This document shows, one piece after another, positions 23,760-35,289 of a DNA stretch of 64,000 nt. The stretch's first letter is position 1, and each line of letters starts with the position of its first letter. The DNA lies in NCBI RefSeq assembly GCF_009914755.1, contig NC_060947.1. One strand, given 5' to 3'. The stretch comes from the human T2T-CHM13v2.0 reference genome, Homo sapiens. The notes below the pieces were generated by a model. That model was not told where the DNA came from. It searched no databases and saw nothing but the letters and a program-made list of their open reading frames with translations. Both the position numbers and the translations under genes were made by a program.

Positions 23760-25967
23760 CGCCGAGCTTTAGGTAACTCTCACAGTGGAAGGTAAGCCCG
23801 TCCCCTTCTTAATCAATATGGAGGCTACCCACTCCACATTACCTTCTTTTCAAGGGCCTGTTTCTCTTGCCTCTGTAACTGTTGTGGGTATTGATGGCCA
23901 GGCTTCTAAACCTCTTAAAACTCCCCAACTCTGGTGCCAACTTAGACAATACTCTTTTAAGCACTCCTTTTTAGTTATCCCCACCTGCCCAGTTCCCTTA
24001 TTAGGCTGAGACACTTTAACTAAATTATCTGCTTCCCTGACTATTCCTGGACTACAGCTGCATCTCATTGCCACCCTTCTTCCCAATCCAAAGCCTCCTT
24101 TGCGTCCTCCTCTTGTATCCCCCCACCTTAACCCACAAGTATAAGATACCTCTACTCCCTCCTTGGTGACCGATCATGCACCCCTTACCATCTCATTAAA
24201 ACCTAATCACCCTTACCCCGCTCAATGCCAAGATCCCATCCCACAGCACACTTTAAAAGGATTAAAGCCTGTTATCACTCGCCTGCTACAGCATGGCCTT
24301 TTAAAGCCTATAAACTCTCCTTACCATTCCCCCATTTTACCTGTCCTAAAACCAGACAAGGCTTACAAGTTAGTTCAGAATCTGCGCCTTATCAACAAAA
24401 TTGTTTTGCCTATCCACCCCATGGTGCCAAACCCATATACTCTCCTATCCTCAATACCTCCCTCTACTACCCATTATTCTGTTCTGGATCTCAAACATGC
24501 TTTCTTTACTATTCCTTTGCACCCTTCATCCCAGCCTCTCTTTGCTTTCACTTAGACTGACCCCGATATCCATTAGGCTCAGCAAATTACCTGGTCTGTA
24601 CTGCTGCAAGGCTTCACAGACAGCCCCCATTACTTCAGTCAAGCCCAAATTTCATCCTCATCTGTTACCTATCTCGGCATAATTCTCATAAAAACATACC
24701 TGCTCTCCCTGCTGATCATGTCCGATTAATCTCCCAAACCTCAATCCCTTACAAAACAACAATGCCTTTCCTCCTAGGCATGGTTAGTGTGGTCAGAATT
24801 CTTACACAAGAGCCAGGACTGCACCCTGTAGCCTTTCTGTCCAAACAACTTGACCTTACTGTTTTAGCCTAGCCCTCATGTCTGCGTGCAGCGGCTGCCG
24901 CTGCTTTAATACTTTTAGAGGCCCTAAAAATCACAAACTATGCTCAACTCACTCTCTACATTTCTCATAACTTCCAAAATCTATTTTCTTCCTCATACCT
25001 GATGCATATACTTTCTGCTCCCCAGCTCCTTCAGCTGTACTCACTCTTTGTTAAGTCCCACAATTACCATTGTTCCTGGCCCGGACTTCAATCTGGCCTC
25101 CCACATTATTCCTGATACCACACCTGACCCCCATGACTGTATCTCTCTGATCCACCTGATATTCACCCCATTTCCCCATATTTCCTTCTTTGCTGTTCCT
25201 CACCCTGATCACGCTTGATTTATTGATGGCAGTTCCACCAGGCCTAATCGCCACACACCAGCAAAGGCAGGCTATGCTATAGTACAAGCCACTAGCCCAC
25301 CTCTCAGAACCTCTCATTTCCTTTCCATCATGGAAATCTATCCTCAAGGAAATAACTTCTCAGTGTTCCATCTGCTATTCTACTACTCAGGGATTATTCA
25401 GGCCCCCTCCCTTCCCTACATATCAATCTCGAGGATTTGCCCCCGCCCAGGACTGGCAAATTAGCTTTACTCAACATGCCCCGAGTCAGGAAACTAAAAT
25501 AACTCTTAGTCTAAATAGAAACTTTCACTGAATAAGTAAAGGCCTTTCCTACAGGGTCTGAGAAGGCCACCGTAGTCATTTCTTCCCTTCTGTCAGACGT
25601 AATTCCTCAGTTTAGCCTTCCTACCTCTATACAGTCTGATAACAGACCAGCCTTTATCAGTCAAATCAGCCAAGCAGTTTTTCAGGCTCTTAGTATTCAG
25701 TGAAACCTTTATATCCCTTATGGTCCTCCATCTTCAGGAAAAATAGAACGGACAAAAGGTCTTTTAAAAACACACCTCACCAAGCTCAGCCACCAACTTA
25801 AAAAATACTGGACAATACTTTTACCACTTTCCCTTCTCAGAAGTCAGACCTGTCCTCAGAATGCTACAAGGTACAGCCCATTTAAGCTCCTGTATAGATG
25901 CTCCTTTTTATTAGGCCCCAGTCTCATTCAACACCAGACCAACTTAGACTGTGCCCCAAAAAAAAAC
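23760..25967 (+). pseudogene. pol: HERV-H pro-pol remnant
   Basis: FLINMEATHSTL (degenerate protease DTG), SPYHSPILPVLKPD..YKLVQNLR and VLDLKHAFFTIPL RT motifs; no YxDD motif seen; RNase H and integrase fragments with stops. Confidence 0.9.
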
Positions 25968-26500
25968 TTTGGTGGTCTCTTCACAGGGACGCGCATGAAA
26001 ATAAGTACTACAAAGAAGAAGCACACAGTGGTATGAGAACAAATAGTAGATGAAACTAATCTTATTTTGGGCAAGGATCAGACAGGCTTCATTGAAAAAG
26101 TGACATTTGAGCAATACTTTTAAGGATAAATAAGAAATAACCAGATCAAAAGAGCAGAAGGGGAGGGTATTCCATGCAAATGGATCATGTGGAAAGAAAG
26201 GCCTAGAGGTGGAAAAGAACATATATCTTCTGAGAGACCAAAAGGCAGCCTGTGTGACTGGAGGGCAGAGAGTGAAGGAACAAATGGCTCAGGATGTGGC
26301 TGAAAAAGGCAAAAGTGATCATTAGCTGTGTTAAGGATTTGATCTAATAATTGCAAGGTTCTAAGCAAGGAGGAAAATGTCCTAATAAGGTCTGCATTAG
26401 TAAGAATCACTTTTGCCAATGGATGGAGTACAGATTGAAAGCAGGTAAGGGGAGAAACTGACAGAGGACTCCTTCTCCTGGAGTTGGGAAACCAGGACAG

Positions 26501-27269
26501 TGAGAACTAAGCTCTGATTTTTTTCTTATCTTGCCCAAATTCTTATCTAAGGGGTCTGGGGAGTCATGCCCTACAAACCACATATTCTCATCAGATGGGT
26601 TTTATTTAACCCTATATATTGTGACTTACCTTCCAATTTGACTCCGGCATAACATTATTTGACAAAGAGGAAGATAAAAATATTTTACCCCAAAATATGT
26701 TTCTTTGCCATATTTTGAAATGGCCCTGCAAAGCCGTCCTTTGTGGTGAAAATTTGCAGTCTCTATTCACATAGCTAGATCTTCTTCCAGGCCCTCCCAA
26801 TCCTAAAGAGATTAAATGAGAGTCTAGCACCTTTTAAAGATCTGAACAGGAAGCATTTGTCATCTGTTGTCTCTAATGGCAACCACTATGAGACTTCAAA
26901 AGAAACTTGGTCTTCACAATCTTTTTTCTTAACCTGAACATTTCCTTTCTATTGATTGCAGGTCTTTAGACAAACTCAACCAATTGTCAACCAGAAAATG
27001 TTTAAATTTACCTATAGCCTGGAAGCACGCCCCCACCCCCCTTTAAATTCTTCTGCCTTTCTGGACCAAACCAATGTATTTCTCAAATGTATTTGATTGC
27101 TGTCTCATGTCTCCCTAAAATGTATAAAACCAAGCTGCACCCTGACCACCTTAGGCATATGTTCTCAGGACCTCCCATGGGCTGTGTCACAGGCCATGGG
27201 CACTCATATTTGGTTCAGAATAAATCTCTTCAAATATTTTACAGAGTTTGAAACTTTTCATTGATAACA
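26501..27269 (+). mobile_element. MER4-group ERV1 solo LTR (MER4D/E-like)
   Basis: TGTATAAAACCAAGCTGCACCCTGACCACCTT and CAGAATAAATCTCTTCAAATATTTTACAGAGTTTG...AACA; 5' boundary uncertain. Confidence 0.88.
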
Positions 27270-29008
27270 ATTGTCCAGATGAGAGATGATGTGGCTTAGG
27301 TTGGCAGAAAATAATGAAGACAGGAGTACATAGGAGAAAGATATTCAGGAGGTGCAATCTACAGAGCTGGGAGCAAGGAGAAAGAGGTATCAAGGATGAC
27401 TCTCAGATTCTGGGCTGAGCAACTAAATAGATGACAGTACACTACTCTGAGATATGCCTTGGAGGAAGGAGAACACTTTGCCTAGCTGGCATATTTACTC
27501 CATGTTCCAGCAGAAAAACCTTTTTGACTCAACCACTGTGAGGACTCCATCCTTGGCCTAGTGATTTGCATCAATTTTAGAGGTAAAGTATCATTCTCAT
27601 TCAGGAAGGTATCTGAATTGGTCAATGCAAGCTCAAATGACATTCCATGGGAAGACAAATGCCCATGTAGATTACAGACCAAGGGGCTTTTCTTTAAAAA
27701 TGATATTAATTGGGTGGTTGTAGCATTCATGTTACCACCCATAAGCAACCCACCTCTGTTCAGCCTTTCTGCAGTTGTGCCACCAGGTTTCCCAACCCAA
27801 CGGCACCTGATTTTCAGCACTGATGCTCATTAATAGAGAGTGCAGAAGGCACCAGTGATGAGCCCAAGTGTTTCTCTAAGCCTCACACAGTCTGTTCAAT
27901 TTAGAATATCTGCCCTCCATAACTGATCTGGTGATCTGCCAGGCCATCTGAGGGCCCACAGAGGAGAAGGCATAAGAGGTTTCAAAAAAATGGACTGTGC
28001 AGAGCTCAATGTTTAACAGCCCAATGACTCTGTGAGACAGTCTATCAAGAACAAGTTGAGCAATCTTTGCCTGAACGGAATGATAGCAGGGCCCTTCAAA
28101 GAGGTACTTGTTCCCATAAGGCAAGATAAGATCATTTCCTTTAAGCACTATTTTATTGATGAGTCAAAAAGAGAACTTGACCTGGCCCCAAGCATGGATT
28201 TTTACAGCATCAAATTCCTACATACGTAGCATGTCTAAATAAAGAAAATTCTTTTATCCAACAAATATTTATGAGAAAATGGAAAATTAAATGTTCAAGA
28301 GTAACTCATGTCTAAGCAACATGGCCATCATTCTGCAGACCTTTCATTAATTACAATAATGCCCCATGGTTTCTAGAGGACTACTCCATGTGAGGCTCTG
28401 TCTCCCATCTCTCACTGTCTCCCTCTGTAGCCTCAGGTTGTCAGCCTTTTGAACTCCCTTCTCTGGCTTTCTGGTTTTGATTTACCTCTTGGCTCTTAAC
28501 TCCAAATGCTTTTATAAAATCAGAGTTCCTCCACAATTTCAAAAGCAAGATTTCCCTATGATCCTCAGCTTCTTAAAGCTCTTCCAGCTGAGCCACACCC
28601 AGGAACAAGCTCTGAATAGCTCACCAGTAGCCTTTGAACCTAGCATTATTTTATCTGGTAGTGTGCACAGATATACATAGACATATACATGAGCACTGCT
28701 GCTCCCATACACGCTCCTTCCAATCAATCACCTTTCTCACAGGTCACACATGTCAGGCTCATATTCTCCAGGGAAGTAGAACTTGTGGTACCATGCTCTC
28801 ACCAACTCATCTAACTAGACCCAGATGTGCCTAAGGTACCAGACCATGTATCTTGGGATAAATCTTAGGATGTGAAGAGTCAATCAATCACTTTAGCAGT
28901 GATAGCCAAAGATCCCACTACTGCTAATGGTGGGGCAGAAGAGGGAATCTCCTCTGAAGCAGTTCCTGGGCCAGTGACAATGCTAGGACAAGACAGACAA
29001 TCCTAGTA

Positions 29009-29583
29009 TATGGCAGACAGACCTTAAGGTAACCCCTGATTATTCCCATCTCCTGGTGTTCATGCCTTTGTATAATCTCTTCTCTGAGTATAAATGGTAC
29101 CAGTGATTTGCTTCAAACCATACAGAATGTAACCTACAGAATGGGAGTCATGGAATGTCATTCCCATGATTACCTTGTTGTATAGGACTCCACCATAGCA
29201 GACTAGAAGGAGGGATTCTCCTTTATGGCTTGATGAAGTAAACAGTCATGTTGAGGAAGCCCTTGTGACAAGGAAGGTCAAGTGGCCCCCAGCCCACAGT
29301 CAGGAACAAAAGCCAAAGACCTTCAGTCATACAGCCACAAGGAAATTAATTCTGCCATAAAACTGAATAGGATTGGAAATAGTTTCTTCCCCATCCAAGC
29401 CTCCAGAAGAAACCTCAGCCCTAGACAACATTTTGATTTCAGCCTTGTGAGACCCTGATCAGAGGGCCCAGTTAAGCTGTGTCCAGACCTTCGACACACA
29501 GACACTGTGAGATAATAAATGTGTGTTGTTTTAAGCTGTTAAATGTCTGATAATTTGTTATGCAGTGATAGAAAACTAATACA
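29009..29583 (+). mobile_element. MLT1E-like MaLR solo LTR
   Basis: CAGCCACAAGGAAATTAATTCTGCC; ends GAGATAATAAATGTGTGTTGTTTTAAGCTG...AACTAATACA. Confidence 0.88.
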
Positions 29584-29964
29584 AAAGGCCTAGAATCAAG
29601 GGCTTATGGAAAACAAGGAGTTCAGAATTAGTCAGTCCAGACTGACTTCAGGCTGTGTGGGAGAGGGGACAGGTGGAAGGAGCAATGGTGGGTAGAAGCA
29701 TAAGAAAAGTCAGAGCTGGAAAAACCCTAAACATCAGCGCAAAGGAAACACCTCAGTCTGCCATCCCAAGCTCTTGCTGTCTTCACCCCTGCTTCCTAGC
29801 TTTGGTTCAAATATGCATACGTTGTATCCTCCATTCTATTCATTCAACCCAGAAATCCTGAGCACTTCTCATGTGCCAAGTCCTTCTTAGATCCTAAGAG
29901 GAGGAGACATCAGAAAGTCAAGGTCATTGTTTCTTAGGGGTTCAGGGAATGATCTTGGCTCCCA

Positions 29965-30142
29965 AAGGGAACTGATTGAGACAGGATGCTTGTTTAAAAT
30001 GCAATCTCCCGGGCCCTACCAGCAGAGATTCTCAGTAGGTAGGTCTCAGTCAGGGTACAGGCATTCATACTGTAAACACACGTCTCAGCTGATTCTTATG
30101 CAGGTAGTCCAGAGTCAATACATTAAGATTAAACACTGACCT
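29965..30142. mobile_element. MER5B-like MITE
   Basis: GCTTGTTTAAAATGCAATCTCCGGGCCCTACC...GATTCTTATGCAGGTAGTCC...AAACACTG. Confidence 0.7.
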
Positions 30143-31339
30143 ATAGGGCCATCTGTGGGTTTCCAATAGAAGAATGACAAGATATAGCTTACATTTTAAG
30201 AGGCTCGTTTTGGCTGCTGCATGGAAAATGAACTGATGGGGATAAGGGTGGAAGCATGGGACAAGCAGGAGCTATGACCATGGTACAGGAGAGAAAATAG
30301 TGGCTGGACCAGGATAGAATCAACAAGGTTAGAGAGAAATAGATGGATATAGGCCATATGACAGAGGTGGAGCCAACAGAACTTGCTGTTGAGTTGAATG
30401 TGAGGAGTGAGAGGGGGAAGAACTGAGGATGATGCCATTATTATGATTATAACTACCAAAGTTACAAGTCTATTGTAGTCATCCCATAGTACAATACTTA
30501 TGAAAGGGAACAGGTAAATACAAAATCAATTTTTCCCATCATAATAATTTAAGTAACTGATTGCAACACATTGATTTCCTTAAATCAATAGCTGTGTCCA
30601 TCATCATGACTGAATCAATTGTTTAAATATCATTCCTCAGACAAAATACCTTGTTTATGAAGTGTATGACTTCTTTCAGAGAAGTCTACTTCAAATTGTT
30701 TCAAACTGTTCATAAAATGTTTCAAGAAGGGATCATAAAACTCTAAAGGCTTTCAAACTGGATAAGGATGCCCTCTTTTCTAAGAAGATGAGAAAACAAG
30801 TACAAAAGAGTTAAGTATGCACACAATTGCCATAGAAACATTTCCTGAGTGGTGTAGACTGATTTGGGAAGCAATAATTTCTGTTGGGTACCTACTTTGT
30901 ATGTGTGTGTGTTTAAAAAAAATTTAATCTCACTTAATCTTTATAATGACCCTGTGAGGTAAAGACCATTATTATCCCCATTTTATTCTCAGTACTTCAT
31001 AAAGGTGGCAGAATGTCAAGGAATTATTAAACAAATAATAACTTTTACCTCACCTCTCCCATCCAAATAAATTCCAATTAATTAAAAAGTTACATTTTGG
31101 AAATAAATCTATTAAACAGTACATCAAAATATAGGTAATGTCAGATCATGGGGTGGAGAAAAAGTTTCTATACATGAAAAAAAGGTCATTTGTTTCTTAA
31201 GTTTTTCTTATGGAATGTTTAGGTGCAGATATTTTAAATATATATCTGTAGTCAAATTTAATAGTGTTTTTCAAATGCTTCTTCAAAGTGGGAAAATATA
31301 CAGCCACTATAACACAGAGCTAATAAACTCTTTACTGTG

Positions 31340-31570
31340 TGGTGGCTGCTTCAGTGTCAGACTGCTTCAAGCATGTTGGCCACTTGCTAGCTGTATGACT
31401 TGGAGCAAATTATTCTAACTTCCCCGTTCCTATTTTCAGCATCTGTAAAATGGGAATAATAATAGTACCTACCTATTTGCATTTTATGAGTATTTAAAAA
31501 GTTAATAAATATAACATGCTTAGAACTGGGCCTACCATGCCATAAATGTTCAATGAATGTTATCTATTAG
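31340..31570 (+). mobile_element. MIR SINE
   Basis: CCACTTGCTAGCTGTATGACTTGGAGCAAATT...CATCTGTAAAATGGGAATAATAATAGTACC. Confidence 0.85.
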
Positions 31571-31589
31571 TCTTTTTTTATTATGAAAA

Positions 31590-32380
31590 TTACTACTACA
31601 ATGCATTAAGAGAATAATCACAATCTCCAAAGAAAAATAAGCATACCTCATAAGAAATAATTTACAACTAAAAAATATAAATGACCAATAAACAATTCTA
31701 AATGTTCAACCACACTAGTAATAGAAGAACTGGAAATTTAAAAAGTAAGTAATATTTTTCACCTATCAATTAGACAAAAAAGAACATTTAATTATAATAT
31801 TCTGGATTGGCACACACCTATAGAAACATTCACCTATACTGCTGGCCAAAGTGAAAACTGGTACAATCATTCTTAAAAGCAATTTAGGAGTAAGAACCTA
31901 TACCCCTACAAATGACCAGGCCCTTTGGCTGAATGGCCTGACATCTAGGAATCCAGTCTAAGGAACTTATTACATAAACAAATATTCATGTGCAAGGAAG
32001 TCCACTGTGGCAGTTTTTCCAAAAATTTGAAAACAGCCAAATGTTCAACTGTAGAAAAAGATATTATGGTACCGCCATACATGAGAATAGTACGTTGCTG
32101 CTAAAAATCACATTTTCAAAAAGTATTTCATGATACATAGAGATATTCAAGATACAGTGAGTCAAAGAAGCAGTATACAAACCAGTCTGATCCCATGCAT
32201 GGATGCACACCTGTGTGTACAAAATATTCTGAAAGAAAATACGCTGTAACATCAACTATGGTTATCGCTGAGAGGTGAGATCAAGAGTAATTTTTATTTT
32301 CTTCTTTATGCTTATCTTTAACACATTTCACACAATAATCATGTATTATTTTATCAAGGAAAACATAATTAAAATAAATT
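31590..32380 (+). mobile_element. Ancient L1ME-type 3' fragment
   Basis: AATGTTCAACCACACTAGTAATAG, GTGAAAACTGGTACAATCATTCT, AAACAGCCAAATGTTCAAC. Confidence 0.7.
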
Positions 32381-32915
32381 TGTGTTTGGTGCTAGGATAT
32401 TTGGAATCTTAAGAAATTCCAGGAAACCAGAACAGGTGAAACTTTATTAGATAAAGTTTTCTTCTTTGTAGTAAGTAATATGTTTAACTGATCTTAGTTC
32501 CAAGATCATCAGAGGTTATAGAGGGAGACTTGACACTGACTTCTCCTTGGTGATCACATCTTCTCTGGAACCAGGGAAAAAGAAGGGGGATCTTCCTGGA
32601 AGTAGTTTTTTTTGCATGGCAACTTTCTTCCAGGCTTCTAGGCTTTTCCTCCTGTCTGCATGCTCACTTCCTTTCTACCATGTTGTAGGTAGTGTGTAGC
32701 CCTTTCCCAATCTCTCTAGAAAAAAAAAAATCTGAACTAGGATGCTGAGAAGCTTACTCTTGCCTTTATGTTGAGATTATTAAATTTGTTCTTTGCTATG
32801 TTTGGGGGTTGGTACTTGGATCTGATATCTTGGCTGTTCCTGATCTTAGCTCTGTCTGCTCGATCCAGGGAGTCTGTACCTTGAGTGATGTCCCTTGGAA
32901 TAACAGAAACATTAT

Positions 32916-33284
32916 TGCTATGGTTTGAATGTTCCTCTCCAAAATTTAGGTGTTGCCAATGTAATAGTGTTAAGAGGTGGGGTCTTTAAGAGGTGTTTGG
33001 GCCATGAAGAGTAATCCTTCATAAAAGAGATTAAGGCTCTTACAAAAGAGGCTTCATGCAGCATTCACTTTGCTTGGCTTTTTGCCTTCTTTTCTCCAGA
33101 TGATGCAGCAAAAAGGCATCATCTTGGAAGCAGATGGCAGCCCTCACCAGACAACTGGACCTGGAGGTATCTTTCTCTTGGACTTCCTAGCCTCCAGAAC
33201 GGTGGGAAAATATAATACATTTCTGTTCTTTATAAATTACCCCATCTCATATATTTTGTTATAGCAACACAAACGAACCAGGCA
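32916..33284 (+). mobile_element. MST-family (MSTC-like) solo LTR
   Basis: TGCTATGGTTTGAATGT start, TTGGACTTCCTAGCCTCCAGAAC; TSD ATTAT/ACTAT. Confidence 0.88.
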
Positions 33285-33418
33285 ACTATTTTTCTATGGT
33301 TTCTCTCGGCAAAGAGGTAGCCATTTGGCTACTTGGTAAGGACCCAGATTCTGTTTTCAACATTAACTATATATTTTCACTCCCTCAGGGATCCTTCTAG
33401 ACTAGGCAAAGCCTTGGG

Positions 33419-33519
33419 CCAGGCTGGGACTAGGGCAGCATAAGTGTGGCACCTACTGGCTCCTTGAATTGTATGCTCTAGGTGCTTCACTTACCACACA
33501 CATCCTAGTCCCTGCCCTG
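33419..33519. mobile_element. MER96-like hAT MITE
   Basis: Inverted ends GGCTGGGACTAGG...CCTAGTCCCTGCCCTG. Confidence 0.65.
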
Positions 33520-33679
33520 CCTGAAACATAAGACTAACATTTATCCCTAACAAAAAATGTTCAAAGGTTTAAAGTTAGAAAAACATTGATGGAAGACAGC
33601 TATTTTGTTTCCTTTTTTCAACTTTATTGAGGTATAAACATTATATATATTCAAGGGTACATTGTAATGTTTTGATATA

Positions 33680-35050
33680 CAGGCATATCTCATCTGCACT
33701 TCACAGATATTGCATTTTTCACAAATTAAAGGTCTGTGGCAACTCTACATCCAGGAAGTCCATCAGCACCATTTTTCCAACAGTATGCCTCACTTTTCAT
33801 CTCTGTGTCACATTTTGGTAATTCTCACAATATTTCAGACTTTTTATTATTATATCTGTGATGAGTTATCTTTGATGTTACTATTGTAACTGTTTTGGGG
33901 CACTGCAAACCATGCCCAAAGAAGTTGGCAAAACTTATTGATAAATAATATGTGTGTTCAGACTCCTCCACTGACCAGCTTTTTCCCCATCTCTCTCCTT
34001 CTACTCAGGCCTCCCTGTACCCTGAGACATGCGATATTGAAATTGGGCCAATTAATAACCCTACAGTGGCCTCTAAGTGTTTAAGTGAAGAGAAGAATCA
34101 TACATCTCTCACTTTAAATCAAAAGCTAGAAATGATTAAGTTTAGTGAGGAAGACATGTTGAAAGCTGAGTGATAGAGTTTAGATATGTGTCCCCACCAA
34201 AATCTTATGTTGAATTATAATCCCCAGTGCTGGAGGTGGGGCCTGGTAGGAGGTGTTTGGATCATGGGGGTGGATCACTCATGGCTTGGTGCTGTCTTCA
34301 CAAGAGTGAGTGAGTTTTCATAAGATCTGGTCATTTAAAAGTGTGTGGCACCTCCACCCCAACTCTCTCTCACTTGTTTCCGCTTTCACCATCTGATGTG
34401 CCTGCTCCCCCTTCACCTCCTTCCATAACTGTAAGCTTCTCAAGGCCTCCCCAGAAGTCAAGCAGATGCCAGCACCATGCTTCCTGTAAAGCCTGTAGAA
34501 CTGAGTCAATTAAAACTCTTTTCTTTATAAATTATCCAGCCTCAGGTATCTCTTTATAGCAATGCAAGAATTGCCTAATACACAGAAATAAGTCAAAAGC
34601 TAGGCCTCTTGTGTCAGTTAGCCAAGTTGTGAATGCAAAAGAAAAGTTCTTGAAGGAAATTAAAAGTGCACACATGAATGATAAGAAAGCAAAATAGCCT
34701 TATTGCTGATATGGAGACAGTTTTAGTGACTTGGATAGAAGTTCAAACCACTCACAACATTCCCTTAAGCCAAAGCTCAATCTAGAGTAAGGCTCTAACT
34801 CTCTTCAATTCTATTAGGGCTGAGAGAGGTAAGGAAGCTGCAGAAGAAAAGTCTGAAGCTCACAGATGTGGGTTCATGAGGTTTAAGAAAAGAAGAAGAC
34901 ATCTCCATAGCATAAAATTGCAAAGTGAAGCAGTAAGTGCAGATGGAGATGCTGCAGCCAAGTTATTCAGAAGATCCTGCTTAGATAATTAATGAAAGTG
35001 GCTTCATTAAACAATAGACTTTAAATGTAGGTAAAACAGCCTAATATTGG
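33680..35050 (+). mobile_element. Tigger1 DNA transposon, 5' part with decayed transposase, interrupted by MSTA
   Basis: TA + CAGGCATA TIR; translation HTSLTLNQKLEMIKFSEEDMLKAE (CENP-B-like N-terminus); resumes after 34582. Confidence 0.92.
34171..34582 (+). mobile_element. MSTA solo LTR
   Basis: TGATAGAGTTTAGATATGTGTCCCCACCAAAATC...AGCAGATGCCAGCACCATGCTTCCTGTAAAGCC...CTAATACA. Confidence 0.92.
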
Positions 35051-35289
35051 CTACTTGCCCATTTCACAGATGGGGAACTCAGACATAGAGAGGTTAAGTA
35101 ATTTGCCCAAGAATGCACAGCTACTTAGTAGCAGAGCCAGGATTTGGGATGCAGGCAGTCTGATCCCAGAGCCTGTATGTCTAACCACTTTCTCTACTGC
35201 CTTGTACTATAAACACTTGCTATTGGCTTTCCACTACAGATAAAGCATGGAAGGGCAAATTATAGCCATTAGAGAGAATAGAAATGCTA

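Larger units (their letters stand above)
21191..26000 (+). mobile_element. HERV-H provirus lacking env and almost all of the 3' LTR
   Basis: LTR7 start TGTCAGGCCTCTGAGCCCAAG, tRNA-His PBS, gag/pro/pol remnants, perfect TSD ATAAG at 21186-21190 and 26001-26005. Confidence 0.97.
21003..27480 (-). mobile_element. Fragmented L2 hosting HERV-H and a MER4 LTR (pieces at about 21003-21190, 26006-26500 and 27270-27480)
   Basis: CATTCATTCAT tail, GTGACATTTGAGC, GTCCAGATGAGAGATGATG and AAGGATGACTCTCAGATTCTGGGCTGAGCAACT appear in collinear order. Confidence 0.75.
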
